Below, piece after piece: positions 31,769-46,105 of a stretch of 64,000 nucleotides of DNA. The stretch comes from the human T2T-CHM13v2.0 reference genome, Homo sapiens. The translations under genes and the position numbers were made by a program. The notes beneath the pieces were generated by a model. It saw only the letters and a program-made list of their open reading frames with translations. It was not told where the DNA came from and did not search any database. Positions within the stretch are counted from its first letter, which is position 1. Every line of letters begins with the position of its first letter. Location of the stretch: the NCBI RefSeq assembly GCF_009914755.1, contig NC_060930.1, one strand, 5' to 3'.

Positions 31769-32846
31769 AAAGAGCAGCCATCAGGAGGCTGTCTGCTGAC
31801 CACATTTCCTATAGCTGGGGAGCAAGTCCCTCCTTGAAAGGTGATCTTGGTGGCACTTAGCTATGTCTACCACAGTTCACACTTTATGTCACTTGGGTTC
31901 CATATGTATTCAGAATTTAGATGGACCTCCAGAATTTTGCTCCTCAAGAATTTTGATGGAAGTCTCTTCTTGGGAGAATTTTAGAAGCGGGACTAACCAC
32001 AGATCTCACTAGTCTAGCTGGTCTCAGGGCCGCAACTCTCTCCTTCACTATCCATTCTAGATTCCTCTTAGCTTCAAGAGCACCTCTGTTGGCCATGATG
32101 GTTTACTACCTGGTATGACCCAGACCTTGAGAGGTAACCCTTATCTACTTACTCCAGATTTGCTTATTAAATATTCAGTCACGATTAGCAAAAGAGTGAC
32201 AAGAGGCACCTAAATTGGACCACCTAGATTCTATACATATTCCTCCACATCCCTTTTTCTTCCCTAATAATCAGTCTTAATTACCTTCACCAAGAGAGTG
32301 ACTTCTCATCTTGCCTGCTAGTCCCTGGACACATGAAACCCAAAGTGCCCTGGCAAGAGCCAAAGCATAGAATTCAATGAGACTCTTGCTGGGTTCCCTG
32401 GCAAAAGTGTTCCGTTGTTAGAAACCAAGACTTTTATCCCTGCAAAGCCCAGAGGTGTAGGAATGAGAAGCATAAAGACCTCCAATGAATCAATGGGAGT
32501 GATAGTTAAGTGCAACCACTACTGCTTACATTTCTTGGTCCTAGTCTTGAAACCCAGTACTATATCAAGATCTGATTCTGTGCCTATACTGCAAATTCGA
32601 TGCTGTCCCTCTGATACGACACTTCAACTGTGCCTTCAGCAAGTGTTTCAATGCCCCTTCAGAAGTAGCAACTTATGGGTGTTATGGCATGGGATATTAC
32701 CAGAGGATCCTGTGGTCATAGGCCCACTCTTACATTTTCTTTGCTCTAGAGAGGGACCCCTGGTCTAAGTGATCAAATACTGCATAAAACCTTGGATAGG
32801 TGTTGGCTGAAGTCCTGCAAGCAGAAATGACAAATCCATTTCTGGG

Positions 32847-33394
32847 TGTATTAAGGTTCTTTGGAAGGACAGACCAATAAGATATATGTACATATAAAAG
32901 GGAGCTTATTAGGGAGAAATGGCTCACACGAGTGAAGTCCCAATAGAAAGAGAACGGGGTAGTGGCTCTGCCAAATTCTAAAAGCCTCAAAACCAAGGAA
33001 GACAGTGGTGCAGCCATCGGTCTGTAGCCAAAGGCTCAAGAGTCCCAGGGAAGCTGCTGGTGTAAGTCTCAGAGTCCAAAGGCTGAAGAAGCTGGAGTCT
33101 GATATCCAAGGGCAGGAGGAGAGGAAGTGCCCAGCATGGGAAGAAACAGAGAGCCAAAAAGCCTCAGCAAGCAAGCTTATCCCCCACATCTTCTGCCTGC
33201 TTTGTTCCAGCCACATTGGCAACTGACTGGATGATGCCCACCCACAGTGACAATGGGTCTCCTCTCCCAGTCCACCAACTCAGTGTCAATCTCCTCTGGC
33301 AACACTCTCACAGACACACCAAGAAACAACACTTTATCAGCCATATAGGCATCCCCCAATCCAGTCAAATTGACACCTAATATTAACCATCACA
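32847..33394 (-). mobile_element. MLT2A (HERV-L) solo LTR
   Basis: tgtattaaggttct...agagtccaaaggctgaagaagctggagtctgat...tgacacctaatattaaccatcaca. Confidence 0.9.
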
Positions 33395-35727
33395 TCAGGA
33401 TAGGTATATATTCCCAAAAGCAAATCACTGGCCCTTCCAGGATAAAAGGGGCCTTGTGTAGTCAATTTGCCATCAAGGGGCTGATTGATCTTGTGAATGG
33501 TGCCATCTAAGGGTCCCAGCATTAGTCTCTGTTTCTGGTTGGACAGTAAGAGGCAGAAGTATCTAGATCAGTGTTAGAAGTATAAGCCTATGCTGTTTGT
33601 TAGGCTGGAACACAACCTCCATCCCTGCTACCATTGCCACATTTTTCACTTGCCCATTGTGACAACACTGGGTAGCTGATGATGGAAGCTGGCTGACATC
33701 TTCTGTCTAAGACATTTTGTATCCTTGTCAGACTAGTGCTTCTTTCATGGTGGATGTTCTCTCTTAGATAACATGTGATACAAAGATCTTTAATACTTCA
33801 TATCTACTCCCATATGTACATCTACATTTTTCTAAACCAAACTTCCTTGTCCTCGATCTTTTAATGTTTTCATTTCCAGCCAAGCCAATTGCCAGTGACC
33901 ATGAGTCCATATATGCTCAAATCCAAGCCACTTCTCTTTCCACAAATACTGGATGACCAGGTACACCATCAGAAGTTCTACCCATTGGGTGAAACTTTCC
34001 TTCACCATTGTCTTTTGAACCCACCTCGGATTGGGCTTTAGTATAGCTGCTCTCCATTTTCAGCTTGACTTCATATACCATGATGACGCATCCCATAAAG
34101 CAAGTTCAGACTTCCCTTCTCCTTTAGGTGTTTGATTGGAAGACCAAATACAGCTCTAAACGTCAACTGAAGAAAGGTGCTGGTGCAACAACGGTGGATG
34201 CTGTGGGAGCCTGAGCTACCTGCCCATACAGCTTGATTATGCCTATTGATCCCATCTGCAGCACTTTCATCTTATAAAGGATCATTGCTGTACTCACACA
34301 GCCTTATGACTTGTGTGCATCTCCCAAGACCCAGCTCTTTAGTCAGTGGGCTCTGGATATGAAAACTGGCTCAGGTCTGGAAATTGGATATGAGATTGTA
34401 ACTTTTTACTAGGGCAAGCATCTATTATTTCTCCTCACACAGACCAACATCCTTGTTGATTGCCCATCTAGAGACACTGTAAACTGTTAAGCATCTCCAT
34501 AATTCTCTGAAAGTCAGACCTCCTTGGCTTACAGTCCACCTTGCCAGTTGTTATGGTAATTGTAAACCTCTTTTTCTGGCAGTTAAATGTTGCCACCTGC
34601 TCTTTATTGTGTTAGAATTTTGTCATCCCCACTTGTATCAGCGTGCTAAGTTCTGTAACATCTTCTACTGTCAGCCTGGCCTGTAGAGGACAACTGCCAC
34701 TGAAAGTTTTAGTGATATTAGTGTCCCCTCACCAGCATACTTTCACAGCCTTGGTAAATGGTGTGCCCTCTGGGTCTTGTGGAACATAACTGTCTTGTGG
34801 GTCTTCTGGCCACATGGTATCCACTCTAGCATATCCAAAACCTGAAGCCTTTTAATTTCTTCCTCTACTATCTCCTATACGATTCTGGCATTTCAACTTT
34901 GTTTAGTGTAAGCTATGATTTTTTTCTGTGCTTCTAGAACCCATCCTGATCATGATTTTGCATCATTTCTTGAGCTCCTTGCCAAAATGTGAAATTCTGT
35001 AACTTGGTAGAATGTTTCCTTCTCTGATCTTATGTTCTAGTCTCCTTGATTAAGCACCCTCAGGACCCAATCTCACACATATACGCATGGCTCCTGCCAG
35101 AACATGCTGGCTAGATCTTTATCTCCTCTGGGGTATACTCCCTTTACTCTCTTGTTACGCCCAGCATCGCCCTCACTGAAATATGCTGGAAATGTACCCT
35201 AGTTATAGGTGTAGTGGACAGGAGGGGAGAAGGGAGCAGATCCTGTGAGGAGCACCTGTTCTTTTCTGAGAGTTTTCATTTTTTTTCCAGCATGTCATTG
35301 TGTTGGTTTTTAACATGGAGGTATGGAACACTTATGAAGGTTCAGAGGATTTAAGGAGTCTGGAAAATCAAAAATCAAAATATTTGGGAGCATCCACTCA
35401 TTGTTCTTACCTTCCATGTAGGAGTCTCTGGTTTTCCCCATGAGTTCTAACCTTTGCTTAACAATCTGCCTTTGGTGGAGGTTAATCATTTTGAAGTTCA
35501 GCCACTATAAATTCTAGTCTCTATCCTTAGCTTTCTTCAATCTCTTTTTCAGAAAATAACAGTGTCTTATTTATAAAACCAAAGCTTGCCTCTGGAGTTT
35601 ATATCTGGCTTTTAGTTGTATGCTGCTTACCCTCATTTATTTGTTATAAATAAGAAATAAGTTCCACTTATCAAAACCATCGAGTTCAATTATCTTTATT
35701 AGAGCTACTATTTATCCTGTATGTCAC

Positions 35728-36524
35728 TGTTTAGAAAAAACACAAACCCTGTTTTTTCTCTGCTCTAACACCAACACAACAATCAATGCAGAAGACTTCT
35801 GTGACCAAATGGGTGGGGGTTTTTCCCCACTGACTGGGGATACCAGTTGGGTATCCTCCAATTCAATTCTGACACTGTCTACCTGGAGATAGCATCAGAT
35901 TCCACAGGTTGAGACCTCAGTCCCCTATTGCCCTGCCACTTCAGATACAAGTTGCAAGTCTGAACCTCTGGAACTTCTGACCAACCAGCTTTAAGTTGGG
36001 CTTTCCACCACTCACTCTTTGGGTTCAATTAATTTGCTGGAGTGGCTCACAAAACTTAGGGGAACACTTGTGTTTACTGGTTTATTATAAAGGATATTGC
36101 AAAGAATAGATGAAGAGATGCATAGAGTGAGGTATGGGGGAAGGGGCCAGAGCTTCTATGCTCTCCCTGCTTACAACACTCTCCAGGAACATCCATGTGT
36201 TCAGGTATCCAGAAGCTCCCAAATCCTGTCCTTTGTGCCTTCTATGGAGACTTCATTGCTTTTCCATGATTGAACCATGTACAGCCATTAGAAATGTAAC
36301 TGGACAAAAAGGATATGACCTAATCCCAGCAAGGCCTTTTTGGCCTCTTTGTGCAGCTTTCTTTCCTCTAGAGTGTGAGGGTCTTATGATCCACAATTAG
36401 ATTAGGGTCCTGAGATTCTGTTTCCTGAGGCCTGCTTCTTAGGCCTAAAGCACTCCAATATTATAACAAAACAAACACTGTAACAAGGACTATGGGAGAT
36501 ATGAGCCAGGAACCATAGACAAAA

Positions 36525-36572
<48 letters not shown>

Positions 36573-36587
36573 TGTCTGTCTGTCACA
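35728..36587 (-). mobile_element. MER21-type LTR
   Basis: caattcaattctgacactgtctacctggagatagcatcagattccacaggttgag...atgagccaggaacc. Confidence 0.85.
36527..36570. repeat. (TG)22 microsatellite
   Basis: Perfect repeat, followed by (TCTG)3. Confidence 0.98.
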
Positions 36588-37202
36588 AACACATAAAATA
36601 TAATAATACCAGCTACTATTCCCTTCCACTGATACAATTCACTAGAAATGCACTACCAACTTACCAACAGTGATATGGTTCTTATTTTTGGCTGGGCTAT
36701 AACAATCCAGCTCCAAACCCCCATCTTATTATCTGATTTGTGGTACCACTCCTGTTATCAACTGACATAGGGTGGATTGTATAAAATGAAGTTGGAGTGT
36801 AAGATGTTAATGAAGTGATCAGCACCTGGCAAAGGAGAGGGGAGGGAGCAGGACTGAACACAGGAAGAAGTTAAACTATAATGCAGGCCTGACAAACCCT
36901 CAGCCAACCTAGTGGTCACCTCTGGAGTGAGAATGACTCAGAGGTATTGGGTCACACTGGATGGACCTGTACTGAGCTCACTCATCAGATGGGGGCTGCC
37001 CTAGAAAGGCAAGACCTTGGGAAAGTGGCTCTCTGCAGCTGACATGAGGCCAACCCTAAAGAAGCTGCCAGTTGTAGGTTGTCTGCAAACCATATTCCCC
37101 TCAGCTAGGTAGCAAGTCCCTCTCTGATGTGAGATCTTGGTTTCATAGCTCCATGTCTTGCACATTTCTTGAGTCATTTTCTAGAACAGTGGTAAAGATG
37201 AG

Positions 37203-37633
37203 TGGTATAGTATGGATGTTTGTCCCCCAAACCACGTGTTAAAATTTCATTTCCAGTGTTGGAGGCGGGCCTAATGAGAGGTGTTTGGGTCACAAGTGAG
37301 ATCCCTTATGAACAGATCAATGCCTTCCCTGGGAAGGGAGGTAACTGAGTTCTCCCTGTATGAGCTCCCAGGAAAGCTGATTGCTAAAAGGGGCCTGATG
37401 CCTCACTCCCCACTCTCTCACTTTCTTTGTCTCACCATGTGACCTCTACACTCCAGTGCCCCTTCGCACCTTCCACCATGAGCAGAAACAGCCTGAAGCC
37501 CTCACCAGAAGCAGACGCTGCACCATGCTTCTTGTACCTGCACAACCATGAGCCAAATAAACCACCTTCTTTTCTTTAAAAATTATTCGACTTCAGGTAT
37601 TCCTTTATAGTAACACAAAAATGGACTAAGAAA
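37203..37633 (+). mobile_element. MSTB-type MaLR solo LTR
   Basis: ggatgtttgtccccc...gccctcaccagaagcaga...ggtattcctttatagtaacaca; near-TSD atgag/atgaa. Confidence 0.85.
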
Positions 37634-38389
37634 ATGAACCATGCTTACTACAATTCCTCAGCATCCATGCTAATCCACAACCCCTTCCCTCCCCCAGCTC
37701 CTTCATTCCAATGTGAAGTCTCTAGAAACTAGGTATTTCACTGCATCTGGCAAAGCAATGCACAGTTTTAAGGTACAGGGCACTATAGTACAAGCTACAA
37801 GAGAGAAAACCAGTTTCTGCCTGGTTTATACTGGTCAAGATAGTATAAGAAAAGGTTGAATCAAAACTGCCCTAACCCTATTAATAATATACTAGTAATA
37901 TAAACAACATATTAATAACATGAAACTTGTCTATTAATTTACTTAAGGACCCATTTCAATATCACTGGGAGTGGTTTCTTACTGTTATGAACTTCTCTAA
38001 TATTCACTCTTTTACCTTATAGCACTCTTGGCTACCTCAAACTTTAATTATTTGCACATATTTTCTCTATACTACTAATATACACTATCTTCATATTAGT
38101 CTCTTTCTTGAGCCCATCACCCAGTTTATTAGGCCCTGGAGAAATATTTTTCAATGTCTCCATTGCATAATATAGCAGTCTTCAACATTCTCCTGAAGGA
38201 TATGAAAAATGATGTTCACAGGAAAAACATGCACTCATAGATATGCTCATATTTTAGAAAAAACTATTTTTTCAGACAAGTAAAGAACTGAGATAAGCTA
38301 TTGGGGAACATCAGTAACAATGGCTGTATGTGGGCTGCAACATAAAGAAGACAAGTGCCATTTATAAGCAATTCCCAATATTTTGAGTG

Positions 38390-39045
38390 GCACTTTCTGA
38401 GGTCCAGAATCACATAACCAATTTTCTACTGATATCTCCACCCATCAGTAACAAAAGCTTACCTTCAACCCCAAAGCTGCTTCCCGTGTCTTCTACTTCA
38501 GCAAATGGCACTGTCGTGCATACAACTTCTCAACCAAACACTTGGGATTCATCTTGGACCACTCCCCATCTCATACACCATTCATTTCTACTTAACCCCC
38601 AAGTCCTAATGATTTTTTCACTTAATATCTCTTGAACATATCCACTTCTTTTTATCCCTTAATCTCTTCCATTTCTCACTTACAGTTTCCCAGCTCATCT
38701 CACTGGATTTATTCTTGGTCTCTCCAAACTGTTCTCCACATAGAAGCCAGAGTAATCATTTAAAATTTGAAATTGATTTAGATCATTTTTCACTCAAAGC
38801 CCTTCTGTGGTTTCCCATTTCCCTCAGGATAAAGCCCTGAATCATTAAGATGTTCCATTTCATACCACAGCTTTCCTGGCTCTTTTCACCGCAGCCTTTC
38901 CTTACTGTGTTTTCGGTTCCTTGAACATGCCTTTCTTTCTCGTGTCAGGACACTCAAACATGCCATTTCCAGTGTTTCCCCATTCCTAGCTCAGACAGTT
39001 CCTATTTGTCCTTCAGATTTCAACTTAAAACGTTTGTTTCAGAAG
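38390..39045 (+). mobile_element. L2 LINE fragment
   Basis: tcttctacttcagcaaatggcac...ttctccacatagaagccagagtaatc...ctcaggataaagccc. Confidence 0.7.
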
Positions 39046-39055
39046 GAGGCACTCT

Positions 39056-39471
39056 GTAATGGTGACTCTCCATTTCTTTTCTCTCCTCCCCAATGCTTCT
39101 CTCTTCTTTCCTGCCCCGATCTGGGCTCCAGAAAGCTAAGACAAACCTCCTGCCTCGCTTAGCCTGCCTCGCCCTCTGGTTCTGTCTGGAATGGCTGAAG
39201 GCAAATACTTGAGGGAGAACAGAGCAAGAAGAGAGGGAGGTCAGGATATTTCTTCCCTCGCTCCCTCCCTGCCTTACCTTGTGCTTCTGGGAGTGGCTGT
39301 GTTCCTCTTCTCAATGGCTCCAGTTCTCACCAGATGAGGTACATAAAGGCCTCCCCATGACAATTAGTCCCTAAATGACTCAACGTCCACAGCTGGTTCC
39401 CTTAACTCTGTTGAGAATTCTGTAGATTGCCTCATCACTTGAATGGAATTCTGCTGGGACCCTGACTGATA
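39056..39471 (+). mobile_element. Old ERVL LTR (LTR16C/LTR33-like)
   Basis: ggtcaggatatttcttccc...gtggctgtgttcctc...ctgctgggaccctgactgata. Confidence 0.6.
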
Positions 39472-42309
39472 TGCTATTACTGGTTCATTGTTTTACGCTC
39501 CCTAAACACTCTTTATTTTCTCTGAGACAGTACTCTCCAACCATGGACCAAAGAACTTCTTCAAAGTCAATCTTTCACACTTGATTACAAGCCCCATGTA
39601 GACAGCATGTATTTGTCTTCTTGCCTTTGTATCTCCAGCACTTAGTGCAGTGCACTAAGCATGATTAAGTCCAGCACTTGGTGCTGGACATATAACTGCA
39701 CATATAAACTGTTCAAATGAAATATTATATGTGAATAAACTATAAATAATAAAGCACTTATATTATTTATGTACTTTTTAATGCTGAAATTAATTCCTTA
39801 TATTCTTTCTGTTCAACTTCTTGCTTTTTATTGTAAGTTGCCACCCTGGGTTGGTGAGAGCTAAGCTGAATAGATCACCAAAGGAGCACATGGAATGGAG
39901 TCCAGACTCAGATACTTGTCTTGTCTACAAAGCTGCAAAATGTTCTCAGACAAATCCCAGTAAGCTCCCAAAGCTTTGCAAGATGCCTATTTTTTAAGAA
40001 AATTGAATTTTCAGGGAAGACAGGAATTATCTTTTGAAAAAATGGCTGGTAATATTTTACTTTATTGATTAAATTCCAAAAAAGAAAACTAGACTTAAGG
40101 ATTGTGCATAACTAGCCTCAGGGGAAAAGAATACCAACCAACAACAAAAATATATTTCTCAAACTTAGAGGTAGAAAACACTGAGGCATCAGTATTCCAG
40201 AAGCTCACTGCTTAGGCACTTGGAGCTCTGTGCCAGAACCATCCTTCCGTAGTTCATATTGACACTTCCACGTCTACAGAAATTCACGTTTAGAAAGGCA
40301 GTCTTTAATACTACAAGGTATAGTAGACTTTGATTTGATTTCTTTTTTTTAAAGTTGTCATATTTCTTTAGAAAAATAGAGACAGACTATGGGGATCATT
40401 AGAATTAGACATGCTAAGATACAGCAAATGCTCCTTCACAAGTGGTAGCCTGGGAGTCATTCATATACACTCATATTGTTGGATCTTTCCTGAGCTGAAC
40501 AAGAAAGAGAGGAGACTGGCCAGAAGCATGCAGGTACGCCAATCTCTTCCTGCTCTCATGGTCTGCTTGCCCACCCTTTCATTTTTATAAACACTGCTAA
40601 GCTTCCCCTGCTCTCCTTGGTCCCACCTATCTGCACTCATCCTCCAGGAAACCCACACCATTCATCTCACATGCACTGTTGCTTGTGTTTGATGAAACCA
40701 CACTTGCATTCTACCTAGAACAGTTAAGATTCTTGGGCATCCTCAAGCCACATATCATCTCCATGAGACTTCAGCAAATGTTCCTGCACAACCTCTCTTA
40801 TTGCTAAAAATTATGGTATCAAGTGACCAGAGCTGCGAGAAATCTATTAGAACTAGGTCAATGCCTCCATTTTACAGACAGGAAAGGTAGAACCACAGGA
40901 GCAAAAGGCCTTGCTTATCCCTCTCAGTTGAAAAATGATATGCAGAAATGCTTAGTTCCTCAGCTTCCCAGCAAGTCAGAGTCTCCAAGCAGGAGAATAT
41001 GTCATTCTGCAACTGGTAGCTTCCACTGTGGACAGAGGCTATGACTGCCACATTTTTAGCATAATTCATAACATCATTTCATGGATCCAGTGGATGAAGT
41101 TTACTTTCTGCATTTTTTAATCTCTCTCTATCCTTCTCTACCTCTCTTCCTACCATTCCCGTTCCTTCTTCTCTTCCTCTTTCTCTTCTTTCTTTAACAG
41201 GTCTTTCTTTAAAAGTAAAACAGATTCATTGAAAATAATTTGGAAAATACAAAAAATAAGTTATCCATAATCTCACCATCTGGAGAGAACAGTTGTTGTA
41301 TTTTCTTCTAATAATTTCCTGTATACACTTGGATTTATATACACATAATCCTAACTTGGATACAGACTAAGCTCCCTGGACTCTGTGGGCCCTAGATACC
41401 AATAAAGGTATCCTGAAATAAAGGAAACTGATAGAACTCATTATAAAGTTTATATAAGACAACTTCAGGGCCTCCCAGTCATAAATGCTGAGATTGACTA
41501 TGCAAACAGAGAGAATAAACGTAAAATTTTGTACATAATCAGTAATGAGACCTCGTTTGTACTCATACACTAGTGAAGGCCAGAGAAACTCAGCCCACAC
41601 ACATGTTATAAATGGATATCATACTCTACAGTTTTGTATCCTGCATCTTTAACATCATGGTGTTTCACATCTTTAAAATAATTTGAAAACATACAGCAGC
41701 TTTTCAGTGATGATATTTGACATGAACAATCACACAGAGCCTAGAATGGCCACAGAACAGAGTTCCAGGCTTTCACACACATTCAGGCCTCTGAGTGAGG
41801 GCTCCAAAGTGATGCACAGGTTCTTTCTCTTCCCAAATGAAATTGAACTAGAAACACTGGAAAGTGTTTTCCATTTATAAGCAAAGATTGATTTCTAATG
41901 GAGCTTAGGAGGATCACACAGTTATTACTCTGCACGCTCAATGCTTTCACGGGGTTTACATCAATATTTCCTGACAGGATTTCATGATGCATTTTAGTAT
42001 TTATGATGTTATTGTTTTAAATTTTTCTGCCCTGCATGCTACAGAATGTGCCTGGTGTTATTAAATAAAATACTACCTTGGCACCTGAATTTTTTTTAAA
42101 TGGCTGGTTTTTAAAAATGCTTATCTAAATTATCTTCATTGTTTCCTCACTCAAGTTTCTTATTGTCAACTATTCATATGGCATGTTCATAAATTGTGTC
42201 TATTTTAAACCCTATTCAGAAGACGATGGAATAAAGAGCTAACTAAAAACAGAAAATGAAAACAAGAAGTGTGAATGCAAAGGTCACATTTATGCATTTA
42301 TGTTCCATT

Positions 42310-43140
<831 letters not shown>

Positions 43141-43349
43141 TATGTCCACAACTAAGCCTTAGTGTCTAGAGTTCCTGTGTCAACCATGTGAATTAGCCAC
43201 AGGAGTGAACACTGCTGAGCCCATTGAATGTCCCCTTTGGTAATCTTTGCTGCTGGCTTAATGTCAAAATTTGATTTTGTGAATGTTATTGAATTTTTGA
43301 GAGGTGTTAGAGACTAGACCTTAGAAAGAACCCATTAAAAAGTTTATGA

Positions 43350-43468
43350 CTCCCACTTCTAAGTGAGAACATGTGGTATTTGGTTTTCTGTTCCTGTGTT
43401 AATTTGCTTAGGATTATGGCCTCCAGCTACATTCATGTTGCTGCAAAGGACATGATTTTATTCTCTTT
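43350..43468 (-). mobile_element. L1P (old L1PA/L1PB) 3' fragment
   Basis: ctcccacttctaagtgagaacatgtggtatttggttttctgttcctgtgtt. Confidence 0.8.
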
Positions 43469-44318
43469 TAAGGAAGCCAGGCATCACTAACTTCCTGTAC
43501 CAAAGCTCAAAGATCATCTGAAGCCAAAGCCAGGCTATGTTGCTGGCAAGTACACATGGTTATAGGGATGGTAGAACACAGTATTAGACTGAGTATTTGA
43601 AATCAGATTAAAAGACTCATATCTATGCAACCACTGGCCCTACCTGGTATTTTACGATTCAGGTGTCCTCAGTGAGGTTTTGTCTGCCCCATTTTGCCCT
43701 AAATTCTGCTTTCCCACTTAGATCATTTCTTAGGCATACCCTTTGCTGAGTCTACAGTGCCCACTCTTCCCCCAAAGGCACAGCTACTCATGAGCTGGTA
43801 CAGCACATGTAGGAAGAGAAGATTGGCACAGGATATCATCCAAATTGAAGTGAGGGAGGAACATCCTGGGATGGGATCAGATGAGTTCCTTCAAAGAATG
43901 GTGTCACTGAAAGAACTTGAGGACGCTGAGGACATAGAGGACTTGGGAAAAATCCATGCATCAGAGAAGGAGAAGAAGCCAATGAAGAAGATTCTGAAGG
44001 TGCCAGAAGCTAAGATGGGAATGCACCAGTTTTTGGCAATAACCTGACAATCAGACAGAAGATGAAGAGTAACTGATGATAAGACCAAACTGGTCATAGT
44101 ACAGAAGTAAAAAGAGAAGGTGGTGGCAGTAGAGTAAGCTGTGGTCTTTGAAAGACAGTTGCAATTCAGATATGTGTGAAACGTTGGAGAATGTCAAATT
44201 TGAAACAAATTCTTCTCTTCAGTCAAAAAACCTTGCCCCACAAACTTAAGGAGCAAAACTCTTTGAGCTTTCTAGATACTTGCCTGAAACTACTACTTTG
44301 TAATTGCTACATTGGTAA

Positions 44319-44368
44319 AAGCTTACCCTAATAGCAATTGCTTACCTAGCAATTGCTAGGGTAAGCTT
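44319..44368. repeat. Nested inverted repeat / quasi-palindrome
   Basis: aagcttacccta (44319-44330) pairs with tagggtaagctt (44357-44368); perfect palindrome cctagcaattgctagg at 44345-44360. Confidence 0.95.
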
Positions 44369-44432
44369 CGGCAAATTCATTCAGGAACAGAACTCTTCGG
44401 GTTCCATCAAGAAAGAAGTGCTGGGACTCCAG

Positions 44433-45056
44433 TGTGTTAGGCAGCATTCTAATGAAGTTTTCCCAAGAGTCTTCTCCCTGGTTAGTCAATCAAACACTAA
44501 TCTAGATGGAATTAAGGATGCTAATCAGCTGACCTTAAAATAAAGAGGTTATTCTGGATTCTCTGGATAGGCCTAATGTAATTACATGAGCTCTTAAAAG
44601 CCAAAAATGAAGGCAAAAGAGACCATCAGAGAGATGAGGCAGGAAGGAAGGTAAGAGAAACTCAAAGCCTAACAATGACTTGACCCAATTTTACTAGCTT
44701 TGAAGATAGAGGTGGAGGTAACAAGACAAGGAATACATGAAGGCGACTTCTAACAGCTGAGAACAACTTCTGGCCAACAGCTATTGAGGAATCAGGAACC
44801 TCTTGGTCTACAACCACAAGGACCCAAATTCAGTCAACAACTTGAGTGAGCTTAGGCCAGATTCATCCCTGAGGCTTGAAAGGAATGCAGGCCTGCCTAC
44901 ACCTTAATTTCAGCCTTGTAAAACCAGGAGCTGAGAAATTATCCAAGCCAATTTAGACCTCTCTGACCTACAGAAATGTGAGATAATTAATTTATATTGT
45001 TTTTAAGCCACTAAGCTTGCAGTAATTTGTTATGGCAACAATAAAAAACTAAAACA
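44433..45056 (+). mobile_element. MLT1E-type MaLR solo LTR
   Basis: taatcagctgaccttaaaata...ctgacctacagaaatgtgagataat...ttaagccactaag. Confidence 0.85.
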
Positions 45057-45644
45057 TCAGGTTTTCTACACCAACACAAAATTAAGTTTGGGGATTTTTT
45101 AAATCTTGTGATTATTAAAGAAATATATTTTATAGAAAATTTAGAAAAGATAAAAATGTGAGCATCAGATTCTTCACAGCAATGATTAGTTGAAATCCAC
45201 ACCTTTGTGGAATTAAGTTTAAATTAATCAGCCTTTGTCTATATATCCCCAAGTTCTAGCTAATAGGGAATAGACAGAGGAGCTAAATAGGAAAAAAAAA
45301 AATAGCAGTTTTATCTCATAACTCCTAAAGCACAGAGGTCCTTAGTAAATTTCTATTCTAAGGTTTACCCTATAAAACAAAGACAAATGGAGGCCTATTA
45401 GCTCCCTACTAGAACCCACGCCTTGGGCATCTCATATCCCTGAAGTGGTCACCCAATCACGGAAGGATAAGTCCAGAATGAAAAGTCCCCTTCCTTTGAA
45501 GAAGTTGTTCAAGGAGGTTGGCCAAATGGAGTATAAGACGCTAAAAGTCACTGCGTTTGAGCACAAGGAAGACAAACAAAAAGGCAGAGGGGGAATGTGA
45601 GGAGGGAGAAAGAGAGACCTCTCCCACCTTGCCTTTTTGATGCA

Positions 45645-46105
45645 TGTGATGGTTAATTTTTGTGTCACTTGGCTTAGACCACTAGTCCAGATGTTTTTAT
45701 GTTGTTTTTTTAGATGAGGTTAACATCTAAATCAGTAGACTTTGAGTAAAGCAGATTACCCTCCATAATGTATGCAGGCTTCATTCAGTCAGGTGAAGGC
45801 CTTAATAGAAAAAGTCTGACAACCCCAGGAGAAGGAGGAATTCTGCCAGAAGACTGCCTTGGGCTTCAACATCTCAACTCTTCCCTGGATCTCCAGCCAG
45901 CCTGCCTACCCTGAAGATTTTGAACTTGCCAACCTCCATAATCATATAAGCCAATTCCTTAAAATCTCTCTCTCTCAATATTATGTATCTATATCTATGT
46001 ATACATACACATATGTATACCCACACATATATTAATCAGGATTCTCTAGAGAAACAGAACATATGAGATACACACACGCACATATATATATACAAATACA
46101 ATACA
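45645..46105 (+). mobile_element. MLT2D-type LTR
   Basis: tgtgatggttaatttt...agactttgagtaaagcagattaccctccataatg...agccaattccttaaaat. Confidence 0.85.
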
